Positions 49,204 through 60,143 of a stretch of 64,000 bases of DNA are shown here, piece after piece. Source of the stretch: Candidatus Poribacteria bacterium (GTDB taxonomy: Bacteria; Poribacteria; WGA-4E; JAJDTR01). The position numbers and the translations under genes are program-made. The stretch spans positions 32,001 through 96,000 of the forward strand of contig CBDCTK010000002.1 of assembly GCA_965222225.1 (NCBI GenBank), in the 5' to 3' direction. Positions within the stretch are counted from its first letter, which is position 1. Every line of letters begins with the position of its first letter. Below the pieces are notes generated by a model, which worked only from the letters and a program-made list of their open reading frames with translations, searched no databases and was not told the DNA's origin.

Positions 49204-51696
49204 TCATTTCTGTATCAACATTTTCCGTGTTTCCGCAAAATCCTCGGCAGTCAGGGTATAGAAGTAAACACCACTTGCTACCACCTCGCCGTGCCTATTG
49301 TGACCATCCCAATATGCCGCATGACTCCGATCGGTGTAGAACCCTGCGGTCTGGCGGCCTAAATCTATTCGCCTTACGAACTCACCATTGACATCATAAA
49401 TTGTAAGCCGCACACTTGCGTCTTCGGCGAGGTGATACGGAATCCACGTTTCAGGATTGAAAGGATTCGGATAGTTCGGCAACAGTACGGTCTTCGTTGG
49501 ACGCAGAGCCGTGAGAAGTTGCTCCAAGAACCGAATACCTCTTTGCGACACAGCATCCGTAAGCTTCAATTCCCATGCTTGCGTGAGCCACTGCTTTACG
49601 TCCGCTGCGTTCAGCGTCACCACCATGTCGGGATGCGCCGGCGATGCGGCTGCCGCTACTCCCAACGCGCTAGCAACCGCAACCAAGTCCAATGTATTGA
49701 TTTGACCATCTCCATTGATGTCGGTAGCCGCATTCTCCTCCGCGTCACCAAAGGCTGAAGCAACTAGCACGAGGTCAAATATATTTAACTCCCCGTTCCC
49801 GTCTGCATCCCCGACGATGGAGGACGATTCTGCGCCAATGGCCGGGGGCAGTGACGGCGCGTCCCAAACCAACACGGTGCCATCCCTTCCTCCACTGGCG
49901 ATGGTGCTGCCATCAGGACTGAAAGCAACGCTCCTAACGCTTGATGTGTGTCCTATAAACGTGCTTATGAGTTCACCCGAAACAACATCCCATACACGAA
50001 CGGTGTTGTCCCAGCTTCCACTGGCAATTGCGCGACCGTCGGGGCTAAACGTGACGCTACGGACACCACTTTCATGTCCCGTGAGGGTTTTTAACGCGTC
50101 TCCCGTCGTCGCATCCCAGATCCGAATCGTATGATCTTGGCTGCCGCTAGCCAGAAGCGTTCCGTTGGGGCTGAAAGCAACGCTCAGAACATCGGCTTCA
50201 TGTTCTGCGATGTACATCCGTGTTCTGCCAGAAGCCACATCCCATATACGAATCGTGTCGTCGCGGCTTCCACTTGCGAGTATCTCACCATTGGGGTGAA
50301 AATCGATGCTCTCAACTCCAGCCAGGTGCCCGTAGAGAAAGTCCAACCGCTGACCCGTAGTTGTATCCCACAGCCGAACGATGTCGTCCTCGCTGCCGCT
50401 AGCCAGTATACTCCCGCCGGGACTGAAGGCAAGGCTAATCAGATAAGCCCAGTGTCCAACAAGCGTTCTAAGAAGTTCTCCGGTGTTCGAATCCCATACC
50501 CTTACAGTGTCGTCCTGACTTCCGCTAGCGATCTTACTACCATCCGGACTAAAAACGACCACGTCTACGTCATCCGTATGTCCTACGAGCACATTATCAA
50601 GCTGACCCGTTTCCGTGTTCCAAAGACGGATGGTCTTGTCCCAGCTTCTACCGACGAGCGTCTGACCGTCAGGCGAAAAAGTAACGCTCAACACGAGATC
50701 CGCATGCCCCGTGATACTGCTAATTTCGTCTCCCGTCTCGGCATTCCAGAATCGGACAGTGGCATCAAATCCGCCGCTGGCTAACGTCTTGCCATCGGGG
50801 CTATACGCAATCCTGTAGACATCAGCCGTATGTCCGGTGATCGTCTTGACGTTCGCGCCCGTTTTGGTGTCCCAAAGTCGAATGGTGTCGTCTTCGCTAG
50901 CACTCGCCAGCGTTTTGCCGTCCAGCGAGAAGTCAATGTCGTAAACATCCGAAGAATGACCGCTGAGTGTCCTGAGTAGTGTTCCGGTCTCGACATCCCA
51001 CAAGTGGATCATGGCGTCAAAATCCGAACTGGCGAGCATGTTCCCATCGGGACTGAAAGCAACTGCCCGAACAAGCGAGGAATGCGCCGGGAAGCTCCTG
51101 ATTTCCTCCCCCGCGACTGAATCCCACAAACGGACAGTGTGATCCCAGCTTCCACTGGCGAGAGTCTTGCCATCTTGACTGAAAGTAACGCTATTCACCC
51201 AGTCGGTGTGTCCGGTGAGAGTTCTTAGCTCTTCACCCGTGGCAACATCCCATATACGAATTGTTTTGTCGTCGCTCCCACTGGCAAGCGTGCTGTCGTC
51301 CTCACCGAAAGCCAAACTTCGAATAGCAGCCTCATGTCCCGATATGGTTCGGATTTCGTCTCCAGAAACAGCATCCCACAGCCGGATGACATTATCGTCG
51401 CCTCCACTCGCTATCGTACTACCATCCGAAGAATACGCGATAGCATTTACTGTTTTCGTATGCCCGGTCAGCAAATCAATCTCTTGATTGGTTGCCGTAT
51501 CGTAAATCCAAATCCCGATTGAACCTGCAACCGCGAGACGAGTGCCATCGGGAGGGGAATATTGAATTTCACGTATCCAGCCTTTGCCGAGGCGCTGTCT
51601 TGCTCCTTGGGGTAAATCCCATTGCGACGAATCTTGCGCGAACGTATATAGTGAAGATATGGGTAGTAAGGCCACCAACATCAGGATTATTTTCAT
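49204..51696 (-). CDS. Secreted WD40-repeat protein with dockerin-like and FlgD/T9SS-like domains
   Basis: WD40 repeats; GDADGNGELNIFDL / DINGDGQINTLDL; NYPNPFNP. Confidence 0.92.
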   Translation of the reverse strand: MKIILMLVALLPISSLYTFAQDSSQWDLPQGARQRLGKGWIREIQYSPPDGTRLAVAGSIGIWIYDTATNQEIDLLTGHTKTVNAIAYSSDGSTIASGGDDNVIRLWDAVSGDEIRTISGHEAAIRSLAFGEDDSTLASGSDDKTIRIWDVATGEELRTLTGHTDWVNSVTFSQDGKTLASGSWDHTVRLWDSVAGEEIRSFPAHSSLVRAVAFSPDGNMLASSDFDAMIHLWDVETGTLLRTLSGHSSDVYDIDFSLDGKTLASASEDDTIRLWDTKTGANVKTITGHTADVYRIAYSPDGKTLASGGFDATVRFWNAETGDEISSITGHADLVLSVTFSPDGQTLVGRSWDKTIRLWNTETGQLDNVLVGHTDDVDVVVFSPDGSKIASGSQDDTVRVWDSNTGELLRTLVGHWAYLISLAFSPGGSILASGSEDDIVRLWDTTTGQRLDFLYGHLAGVESIDFHPNGEILASGSRDDTIRIWDVASGRTRMYIAEHEADVLSVAFSPNGTLLASGSQDHTIRIWDATTGDALKTLTGHESGVRSVTFSPDGRAIASGSWDNTVRVWDVVSGELISTFIGHTSSVRSVAFSPDGSTIASGGRDGTVLVWDAPSLPPAIGAESSSIVGDADGNGELNIFDLVLVASAFGDAEENAATDINGDGQINTLDLVAVASALGVAAAASPAHPDMVVTLNAADVKQWLTQAWELKLTDAVSQRGIRFLEQLLTALRPTKTVLLPNYPNPFNPETWIPYHLAEDASVRLTIYDVNGEFVRRIDLGRQTAGFYTDRSHAAYWDGHNRHGEVVASGVYFYTLTAEDFAETRKMLIQK

Positions 51697-52073
51697 TAAG
51701 AGACTCTCCTTAATTCTCAGATTGATTGTATCGGTCGCGTATATGCAGGCGATTTTCGTGCCGTAATTTTTTTTTAGGACTTACGCAATTCAGTTTTTAG
51801 GAACGTAGAGCTGCGTTCCCAACGTACCTGATTCGTAGAAAATGACAAAGACGTAAGGGGTATTACGTACGTAGGGATCCCACAGGTATGTAGCAGCCAA
51901 CAATGAAAACATGAAAAAACGTCCTACAAATGACCGAAATTGGCTTTGCCACCGATTATTTAAACAGACTCTTATTGTGAAAGTCCTGTTCGGATGCAAT
52001 CAAGGTTCCATAACTATTACCCGACGAGATATGTGCGCATGACACAGGCCGGTCTCGCCGAAGCGACGCCGTC

Positions 52074-53633
52074 CTATTTGTTGATTAGCATTCGCCGCGT
52101 TGCTTTGAAATCCTTAGTAGACAGCGTATAGAAGTAGAGACCACTTGCCACGGATTCGCCATCTTGGTTGCGGCCGTCCCAATTTGCCGCGCTACTCAAA
52201 TCGACATAGTGCCCCGCGGTCTGATGCCCCAGATCCAGGGAACGTACTAGAACGCCGTTTGCGTCAAAGATTGTGAGACTCACATCCGCGTTGCGCGCGA
52301 GGCGATACGGAATCCACGTCTCCGGGTTAAACGGGTTAGGAAAGTTTTGAAGCAGACGTGTCCGCTTGACCTGTCCCAAGGTTGTCACTTTCAACCCAGT
52401 CGGGTCTACGGCGAAGGGCGGCGTGCCAAAATCTTCTATTGTATTAAAGACATACGCCTGCACGCCGTCACCGTGAGGCCATGTTGGAGCGTCATGCGGT
52501 ATGTTGTGAGCCGAGATAATGGCGGCATTCTCGCTCACGTTAACCGAAAACCCAAAGTGGTAATCTTCGCCCACGTCGTGGGGAACAACCTTTTCCTTTT
52601 GCTGCCAGACACCGTCGGTTCGCACAAATGAGTAAGCCGCGCCTGAACCTACTTTGACATCGTCATCCCAAGGCGCCCCCACAATGGCGATGTTTGGGGT
52701 CATGGCAACACCGGTTCCAAACTTATGCCCCTTCTGTGCATCATTGGGAAGCAGCTTCCCCTGTTCCTTCCAAGTATTGCCGTCAAACTGATAGGTATAA
52801 GCGGCACCGGCGTCCACTTTGGCTTCGGTATCGCGAAACGGAGCCCCTACAATAATGGTTTTCTCGCTCATACTGACGGCAGTGCCGAAACGGTCGGCCT
52901 TTGCGGCGTCGCTAGCCGTCAATTTAGCCTGTTCTGTCCAAACCCCATCCCGCCGCGTAAACACATAGGCAGCACCGGAGAATCTGACGCCATTATGTGA
53001 GTTTCCGTTTGACCCGATGACCGCCGTATTGCCAAGCACGAAGACAGACGATCCGAAAGCATCTCCTTTGGCAGAATCCGAGGGTATGAACTTTGCCTGC
53101 TGTCTCCAGTTGTTTCCCTCCCGGAAATAGACATAGGCTGAACCGGAGTCTCTTTCAACCTCATCGTCCCCTGCTACGCCGACAATGGCGGTATTCCTGT
53201 CGATGGCTACATCCTCGCCAAAGGCGTCGCCCTTTACCGGTCCGTCATAGAGGAGTTTTGCCGCCTGTTTCCAGTTATTTCCGCTTCGATGGAAGATAAA
53301 AGCTGCACCGGCATCGTTCAACTGTGGCGCACCAACTATAATCGCATTCCCACTTATGGAAACACACCAACCAAACCTACCCCTACCGCCGTCCGGGATA
53401 ATTTCCACCTGCTTAACCCATTTCTTTCCTTGCGTCTCGAACACGGTAGCGAATCCGCTTTCAGGAACTCCGACGATCACCGTATCGCCGCTGATGTCGC
53501 TGGACAAGTGTGCTACGCTATGCCCTGCCTCTTCCGCGACAAGCTTCTGTCCAACTTGAGGCGCGGCGTGACCGGCAGTTGCCAAACCAATGAAGAGTAG
53601 TAAACAAATGGCAAACAGACGTACCGATTTCAT
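52074..53633 (-). CDS. Secreted FG-GAP protein with FlgD/T9SS-like tail
   Basis: ATG 53633 MKSVRL matches start of paralog at 55398; FG-GAP repeats. Confidence 0.9.
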   Translation of the reverse strand: MKSVRLFAICLLLFIGLATAGHAAPQVGQKLVAEEAGHSVAHLSSDISGDTVIVGVPESGFATVFETQGKKWVKQVEIIPDGGRGRFGWCVSISGNAIIVGAPQLNDAGAAFIFHRSGNNWKQAAKLLYDGPVKGDAFGEDVAIDRNTAIVGVAGDDEVERDSGSAYVYFREGNNWRQQAKFIPSDSAKGDAFGSSVFVLGNTAVIGSNGNSHNGVRFSGAAYVFTRRDGVWTEQAKLTASDAAKADRFGTAVSMSEKTIIVGAPFRDTEAKVDAGAAYTYQFDGNTWKEQGKLLPNDAQKGHKFGTGVAMTPNIAIVGAPWDDDVKVGSGAAYSFVRTDGVWQQKEKVVPHDVGEDYHFGFSVNVSENAAIISAHNIPHDAPTWPHGDGVQAYVFNTIEDFGTPPFAVDPTGLKVTTLGQVKRTRLLQNFPNPFNPETWIPYRLARNADVSLTIFDANGVLVRSLDLGHQTAGHYVDLSSAANWDGRNQDGESVASGLYFYTLSTKDFKATRRMLINK

Positions 53634-53844
53634 GATAAATCTCTTTCTGATTTTACGGTTGCATGATACAAGGCGTAACTTCAGACGCAGGTTCTCCGAT
53701 TCTTGCAACCTAAACCTACTTCAATACACGCATCCTGCGTGTCGCATGGAATGATCGTGCGCGGAGCGAGTAGAAATAGACGCCGCTCGCGACGCCTTCG
53801 CCGAATCGGTCTCTGCAGAGCCGGTTTTGCGGATTGGAAAGAAC

Positions 53845-55398
53845 TTATTTTTGGATTAGCATTCGCCGCGTTGCTTTAAAATCGTCAGTGGACAGCGTAT
53901 AGAAATAGAGACCGCCTGCCACGGTTTCGCCATCTTGATTGCGGCCGTCCCAATATGCCGCGCTACTCAAATCGACATAGTGCCCCGCGGTCTGATGCCC
54001 CAGATCCAGGGAACGTACTAGAACGCCGTTTGCGTCAAAGATTGTGAGACTCACATCCGCGTTGCGCGCGAGGCGATACGGAATCCATGTCTCCGGGTTA
54101 AACGGGTTGGGAAAGTTCTGGAGCAAATCTGTCCGTTTTACCTGTCCCAAGGTTGTTACTTTTAGCCCAGTGGGCTTGATGGCAAAGGGAGGCGTGCCAA
54201 AATCCTCTATTGTATTAAAGACGTACGCCTGCACACCGTCACCGTGGGGCCACGTAGGAGCACCATGCGGTATGTTGTGTGCCGAGATAATTGCAGCATT
54301 CTGGCTTACGTTAATCGAAAATCCGAAGTGATAATCTTCGCCCACGTCGTGGGGAACAACCTTCTCCTTCTGTCGCCAGACCCCGTCAGTTCGCACAAAC
54401 GAATAGGCAGCACCTGAACCTACCTCGACGTCATCGTCCCAAGGCGCCCCCACAATGGCGATGTTTGGGGTCATGGCAACACCGGTTCCAAACTTATGCC
54501 CCTTCTGTGCATCATTGGGAAGCAGCTTTCCCTGCTCCTTCCAAGTATTTCCATCAAACAGGTAAGTGTAAGCGGCACCGGCATCCCCTTTGGCTTCAGT
54601 GTCACGAAATGGAGCCCCAACAATGATCGTCTTTTCACTCATACTGACGGCGGTCCCGAAACGGTCCGCTTTTGCGGCGTCGCTAGCCGTCAATTTAGCC
54701 TGTTCTGTCCACACTCCATCTCGCCGCACAAAGACATAGGCGGCGCCACAATATCTGATACCGTTATGTGTGTTTCCGTTTGACCCGACCACTGCCGTAT
54801 TGCCAAGGACGAAGACAGACGATCCGAAAGCGTCTCCTACGGCCGAATCCGAGGGGACGAGTTTCGCCTGCTGTCTCCAGTTATTTCCCTCCCGGAAATA
54901 GATATAGGCTGACCCGGAGTCCCTTCCAACTCCATCGTCCCCTGCTACGCCAACAATGGCGGTATTCCTGTCGATGGCGACATCCTCGCCGAAGTCGTCA
55001 CCATCTGCCGGGTCCTCATGGGCAAGTTTTCCCACCTGTTTCCAGTTGTTTCCACTCCGTATGAAGACAAAAGCCCTACCGGAACCCGCCGTCTCTGGCG
55101 CGCCAATTATAGCCGAGTTCCCGCTGATTGCAACAGACCAACCAACACGTCCGCCGTCGGCGAGAATTTCCCCCTGCTTTTCCCACTTCTTTCCCTTCTT
55201 TTCGAAGATGGCAGCGAATCCCTGTTCAGGTACTCCAACTATTACGGTATCTCCGCTGATGTCGCTAGACAAATGTGCCACGCTGTGCCCTGCCTCCATG
55301 GCGACAAGCTTCTCTCCAACTCGAGGCGCGGTGTGACTTACAGTTGCCAATCCAATGGCAAGTAGAAAACCGATGACCAACAATTGTACCGATTTCAT
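53845..55398 (-). CDS. Secreted FG-GAP protein, tandem near-duplicate of 52074-53633
   Basis: Colinear, with long identical nucleotide tracts. Confidence 0.9.
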   Translation of the reverse strand: MKSVQLLVIGFLLAIGLATVSHTAPRVGEKLVAMEAGHSVAHLSSDISGDTVIVGVPEQGFAAIFEKKGKKWEKQGEILADGGRVGWSVAISGNSAIIGAPETAGSGRAFVFIRSGNNWKQVGKLAHEDPADGDDFGEDVAIDRNTAIVGVAGDDGVGRDSGSAYIYFREGNNWRQQAKLVPSDSAVGDAFGSSVFVLGNTAVVGSNGNTHNGIRYCGAAYVFVRRDGVWTEQAKLTASDAAKADRFGTAVSMSEKTIIVGAPFRDTEAKGDAGAAYTYLFDGNTWKEQGKLLPNDAQKGHKFGTGVAMTPNIAIVGAPWDDDVEVGSGAAYSFVRTDGVWRQKEKVVPHDVGEDYHFGFSINVSQNAAIISAHNIPHGAPTWPHGDGVQAYVFNTIEDFGTPPFAIKPTGLKVTTLGQVKRTDLLQNFPNPFNPETWIPYRLARNADVSLTIFDANGVLVRSLDLGHQTAGHYVDLSSAAYWDGRNQDGETVAGGLYFYTLSTDDFKATRRMLIQK

Positions 55399-55479
55399 GG
55401 TGATCTCCTTCCGATTTTACGGTTAGATAGTACGACGCGCCATTTCAGACGCGGTTTCTCATAATCTTGCATTCTTTAC

Positions 55480-57117
55480 CTATTTCAAAACGAGCATTCT
55501 GCGTGTTGCACGGAACGATCCCGCATGGAGTGTGTAGAAATAGACACCACTGGAGACGCCTTCTCCGAATCGATCCCTGCCGTCCCAATAGGCAGCGGTT
55601 TCGCGGTTAAGATAACTCCCGGCTTTTTGGCTTCCGAGATCTAACTCACGCATTAGTTGCCCTCGGACATTGTAGATGGATAAGGATACAGGGGCATCGG
55701 TCGCCAGATGATACGGCAGCCATGTCTCTGGGTTGAAGGGATTGGGGAAGTTTTGAAGCGGTGCAGTGCGCTTGACACTTCCCAATGTTGTCACCTGCAA
55801 TCCATTCGGATCGACAGCATACGGCGGAAGACCGAAGTTCTTTTCCGCGCTATAGACGTACGCCGCCGAACCGTTGCCAAATCCGGGCGCTCCCTCTGCT
55901 GCCGCGCCAGCGGTAACAATAACGGTGTCTCGGCTAATCGAGACCTCGGAACCGAAAACCTGGCCCATCACCGGATCATCGGGCACAATCTTCTCCGTTT
56001 CCTTCCAGACTCCATCAGTGTTTAAGAATGCATAGGCAGCCCCTGAGCCCAGTCCTTCCTCTTCATAGAGCGGAGCGCCAATGACAGCGATTTTTCCAGT
56101 GGTGGCAACACCGGCTCCGAAGTGATCGCCCGCTCGCGAATCGTCACCGACGAGTTTTGCCTGCTGTTTCCACGCGTTTCCTTCGCGCACGAAGACATAG
56201 GCGGCGCCTGCATCTTTTCCGCGTCCGGCATCGTTCAGTGTCGACCCCACAATAATGGTATCCCCATGGACGCCGACTGAAACTCCGAAACGGTCGCTCT
56301 TTGCAGCGTCTTCGGCTGTGATTTTTGCCTCCTCAACCCACCTCTCACCTTGGCGACCAAAGACGTACACGGCGCCGGAGAATCTGATGTCAGCGTGTGT
56401 GTGACCGGGTGCTCCGACGACAATAGTATCTGCCTCAATGGCAACAATCTCTCCGAAGCTGTCTGATCTTGCAGTGTCTCGCGCAACAAGCTTTGCTTGC
56501 TGTTTCCACGTATTCGCGTCTTTAATAAATACATACACGGAACCCGAGTTGGGACCGGCATCATCGTCCTTTGGTACCCCAATGACCGCAGTGGTGTCAT
56601 CGATGTCGACAGCCCAGCCGAAAGCGTCGCCCGATTCCGGGTCTTCGGCTAGAAGTTTCGCCTGCTGTTTCCAATTCTGCGCAGTCTTTCCAAAAACATA
56701 AGCTGCGCCGCCGTCTGCCGCAACACCGCCTTGATGGCCCGATGACGGCGACCCAACGATGGCATAGGTGGGGTCTCCGCGTCCCGGTGGACCGGTGATG
56801 GCGACCGCGAAGCCGAAGGAGGCCTGCCCAGGATTCTCTTTATCACGGTCGCTTCGAATAAGTTGGGCGGTCTCTTCCCACTTGTTGCCGGCCCGTGTGT
56901 AAATCTTGGCGAAGCCATCCGTGTTTAGAAAACCTACCGCATGGGCGCCAATGATAATGGTATCCCCGAGGATATCCGCGGGCATTCGTGCTTTATTGCG
57001 CATTCCGTCAGGGGCTCCAATCAGCTTTACTTCCTTCTGTGCATAGACTGTGTGGTTGACCGCTACTAGAGCAACACTCAAAACCACACTAATGAACGTG
57101 AACTGCAACGTTTTCAT
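55480..57117 (-). CDS. Secreted FG-GAP protein with FlgD/T9SS-like tail
   Basis: Same architecture. Confidence 0.9.
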   Translation of the reverse strand: MKTLQFTFISVVLSVALVAVNHTVYAQKEVKLIGAPDGMRNKARMPADILGDTIIIGAHAVGFLNTDGFAKIYTRAGNKWEETAQLIRSDRDKENPGQASFGFAVAITGPPGRGDPTYAIVGSPSSGHQGGVAADGGAAYVFGKTAQNWKQQAKLLAEDPESGDAFGWAVDIDDTTAVIGVPKDDDAGPNSGSVYVFIKDANTWKQQAKLVARDTARSDSFGEIVAIEADTIVVGAPGHTHADIRFSGAVYVFGRQGERWVEEAKITAEDAAKSDRFGVSVGVHGDTIIVGSTLNDAGRGKDAGAAYVFVREGNAWKQQAKLVGDDSRAGDHFGAGVATTGKIAVIGAPLYEEEGLGSGAAYAFLNTDGVWKETEKIVPDDPVMGQVFGSEVSISRDTVIVTAGAAAEGAPGFGNGSAAYVYSAEKNFGLPPYAVDPNGLQVTTLGSVKRTAPLQNFPNPFNPETWLPYHLATDAPVSLSIYNVRGQLMRELDLGSQKAGSYLNRETAAYWDGRDRFGEGVSSGVYFYTLHAGSFRATRRMLVLK

Positions 57118-57327
57118 GAGAATCTCCTTTCAATGCTAACGGCCCAGCCAAAATCTTTACATTTGCCCTGTACGTCATACGATAGCGGGTGTTCAATAGC
57201 GCACAGAGCGGCGAAAAATAATCTTGCTCTACGTTCCGTATCACAATGTTAATAGAGCACCTCCATAGCTTACGTCATTATATGCGATTATATGTGGAAT
57301 TCAGTCTCGCCGACCATTTTCGTTTTT

Positions 57328-58911
57328 CTATTTCAAGATGAGCATTTTACGCGTCGCTTGGAATTGGCCGGCCTCCAGGGAGTAGAAATAGACTCCAGTA
57401 GAAACAGTAGTCCCTAACTGGTCTAGCCCGTCCCAATATGCAGCAGTATCGCGGGTCAGATAAGCGCCCTCCTTTTGCACGCCGAGTGCCAACTCGTTTA
57501 TCAGTTGCCCTCGGACGTTGTGGATGCGAATCGAAACGGGAACATCGTTTGCCAAGTAATATGGAAACCACGTCTCCGGGTTGAATGGATTGGGGAAGTT
57601 CTGAAGCAACGCTGTCTGCTTTACCTTTCCCAACGTCGTCACCTGTAGTCCAAACGAATCAACACCGAATGGAGGCGTTCCAAAATCCTCAATGCTACTA
57701 TAGACAAACGCTGCTGCGCCGTCAGCCAATCCGGGTCCGCCCTTGGGTTTACTGTGTGCTGAGACAACCACGGTATTCTCGCTCATCGCCACCCAAAAGC
57801 CAAAAAAGCCGTCTTTTATAGGAATGAGAGGAACAACCTGATTCTTCTCTTCCCAAACGCCGCCTGTCAGGACGAAAGCGTAGGCTGCACCCGATGCGCG
57901 CTGACCTTCGTCCCGCGCTTTAGTGCCTAATACAGCGACTTTTCCGCTTGTGGCGACACCAAAGCCGAGTTGGTCTGCTTTCCGCGCGCTCTTGATTGTC
58001 AGCTTCGCCTCCTGCTTCCAGGTGCCTCCTTCCGGTAAGAATATATAAGCGGCACCGGTGTCAGCGCCACGATCAGTATCGTGCAACGGTGCCCCGACGA
58101 CAATCGTATCCCCGCTCAGGGCGACAGAATGGCCGAAACGGTCGCTTTGTGCTGCATCAGCGGCGGTGAGTTTAGCCTGTTCCACCCACGTCTCTCCCTG
58201 ACGCGCGAACACATAGACGGCACCGGCGAATCTTATCCCGTTATGCGTGTGCCCGGGCGCCCCGACGACGATGGTGTTCTTGCGAACAAAAACGACGTAC
58301 CCAAAGGCGTCGGACCGACCGGAATCTTCTGGAACGAGTTTTGCCTGTAGTTTCCAAGAGCCGTCTAATACAAACACATAAGCTGCGCCAGAGTTGTTAT
58401 CGGCTGCGTCGCTTTTTGGCGCCCCAACTACCGCCGTGATTCTATCCACAGAGACGGCATGTCCGAGATTGTCCGCCGCTCCGCCATCGTCGGCAGTGAG
58501 TTTGGCGCGCTGTTTCCAATCTCCTCCGCTCTTCGTGAAAATGTATGCGCCACCGGAGTCATCCGCTGTTCCATCGTGTTGCGGTGCGCCTACGATCGCG
58601 ATGTTCGCGCCGCCCCGACCAAGCGGACCGTTGACGGCAACCGAGAAGCCGAAGTTGTCTTTATCTCCATCCTTGGCGATAAGATCGAACTTCTCCTCCC
58701 ACTCCCCGCCATTACGTTCATAAATCTTCGCCAGACCGACGTGAGAGTGTACGCCGACAATCACTGTGCCGCGAAAGACCTCAGCACACATCTGTGCCTG
58801 GCCCTCGGCGTCATCCGCGATCAGCATTACTTCCTTCTCGGCGGGATAACCAACGGATGTCAGATGGATACAAAGAAAGGAACTGATCAGGATAAATCGA
58901 GCCGTTTTCAT
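57328..58911 (-). CDS. Secreted FG-GAP protein with FlgD/T9SS-like tail
   Basis: Same architecture. Confidence 0.9.
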   Translation of the reverse strand: MKTARFILISSFLCIHLTSVGYPAEKEVMLIADDAEGQAQMCAEVFRGTVIVGVHSHVGLAKIYERNGGEWEEKFDLIAKDGDKDNFGFSVAVNGPLGRGGANIAIVGAPQHDGTADDSGGAYIFTKSGGDWKQRAKLTADDGGAADNLGHAVSVDRITAVVGAPKSDAADNNSGAAYVFVLDGSWKLQAKLVPEDSGRSDAFGYVVFVRKNTIVVGAPGHTHNGIRFAGAVYVFARQGETWVEQAKLTAADAAQSDRFGHSVALSGDTIVVGAPLHDTDRGADTGAAYIFLPEGGTWKQEAKLTIKSARKADQLGFGVATSGKVAVLGTKARDEGQRASGAAYAFVLTGGVWEEKNQVVPLIPIKDGFFGFWVAMSENTVVVSAHSKPKGGPGLADGAAAFVYSSIEDFGTPPFGVDSFGLQVTTLGKVKQTALLQNFPNPFNPETWFPYYLANDVPVSIRIHNVRGQLINELALGVQKEGAYLTRDTAAYWDGLDQLGTTVSTGVYFYSLEAGQFQATRKMLILK

Positions 58912-58965
58912 GGTATTAGCCCTTTATGTCAAAGTGCCGAGTGTCGGACGAAAGTTTCAATCGCA

Positions 58966-59838
58966 CTAGAGTCCGCGCTTCACTTTCCCCCAAGTCGTTG
59001 TGAGTTTGTCCGTCGGTTCAACAGCAAATGAGCCGCGCGCGTTCTTGTCAATTTCGTCTGCAGTCAGTGCCCTATCATAGACACGGTAGATAGCGATGGA
59101 GCAGTTGCAGGTCCGAGCTTGCTCGGCTTGACTGTGAGAGAAGATTGCGTGCAGCGACATGTCATGCTTCTTGTTCCACTTGACACCCGTTCCAAACTTC
59201 GCACGTTGTTCGCCGTCTATATAGGTGGTAATTTCATCCCCGCTTTCAAAGACAAAATGCGCCCAGTGCCACTCACCGTTTCCAACCGTAAGTCTCGTCT
59301 TGCCGTTGCCTAAGTCTTCACGTGCCCCGATAGCACCCTGGGCGATACTAACATTCTGAAATTTCCCCTCGCCCCCATCGTCTAACCAGATTCGCACGTT
59401 TTGCACGCTTTCTCTTGGAGATGCCTGCAGTCCGACGAGGTGGTGTTCCTGTGCCAGCAAGCCGCCGTTGACCCGCACCAGCAAGCCCATGGTGAAATCT
59501 TCGAGATTTACGACTGGCGTGTTGTTCCCGGGTGCAGCATTACTGAATGTTGAACCGGATTTCTCGGCGGTGTACCATTTCGTGTTTTCCTTGAAACCGA
59601 TTTTCTTGATCTCAATGACGCCCTCTTCTAGCTTGGGTAGATCGCCGGTGTGTCCAAGTTCTCCACCCGCCTCCCCAGCGTTTCTCCAGGCTTTGTCATT
59701 TCTCCCTTGGTCGGTTTCGACCGGGTTGAAATAGAGGACAGCGCCGGGAACCGCTTGGGCAAATACTGTCGAGCATGTCGAGGCGAGAAGCAAGAGCACA
59801 CCGGCAACAGCGATAGTGGTTGGTATATATTTCAACAT
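58966..59838 (-). CDS. Secreted LamG/concanavalin-like protein with AVxPxxKLTTTWG tail
   Basis: Signal peptide from ATG 59838; WHWAHFV..TYIDG, RVYDRALTADEI; AVEPTDKLTTTWGKVK. Confidence 0.8.
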   Translation of the reverse strand: MLKYIPTTIAVAGVLLLLASTCSTVFAQAVPGAVLYFNPVETDQGRNDKAWRNAGEAGGELGHTGDLPKLEEGVIEIKKIGFKENTKWYTAEKSGSTFSNAAPGNNTPVVNLEDFTMGLLVRVNGGLLAQEHHLVGLQASPRESVQNVRIWLDDGGEGKFQNVSIAQGAIGAREDLGNGKTRLTVGNGEWHWAHFVFESGDEITTYIDGEQRAKFGTGVKWNKKHDMSLHAIFSHSQAEQARTCNCSIAIYRVYDRALTADEIDKNARGSFAVEPTDKLTTTWGKVKRGL

Positions 59839-60095
59839 TCTGAAATCCCCCATAAAGAGTTTATTGGTGCTTTGAGTCCATTGTAAATCATGCTGATAGT
59901 TTGTGTTGAAGGCTTTTTGTGGAACCTCCAAAAATGCAGACGCGAACATAGTGTAAGTTTCAGAAACCAAATTTGGGTTATGAGCGAAAAGTCAGCAGAG
60001 ATTGCGGCCATATTTGGATTCTTATTTCTACACCAAAACCATACGGTTGTCAAGACAATTTTGTGTCTTTCTTCGTTCTCTTTGTGTCAAAATTT

Positions 60096-60143
60096 TCCAA
60101 TACACAATTCCTCCAATACACAATTCCTCCAATACACAATTCC
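60096..60143 (+). repeat. Perfect 16-bp tandem repeat x3
   Basis: TCCAATACACAATTCC x3. Confidence 0.9.
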
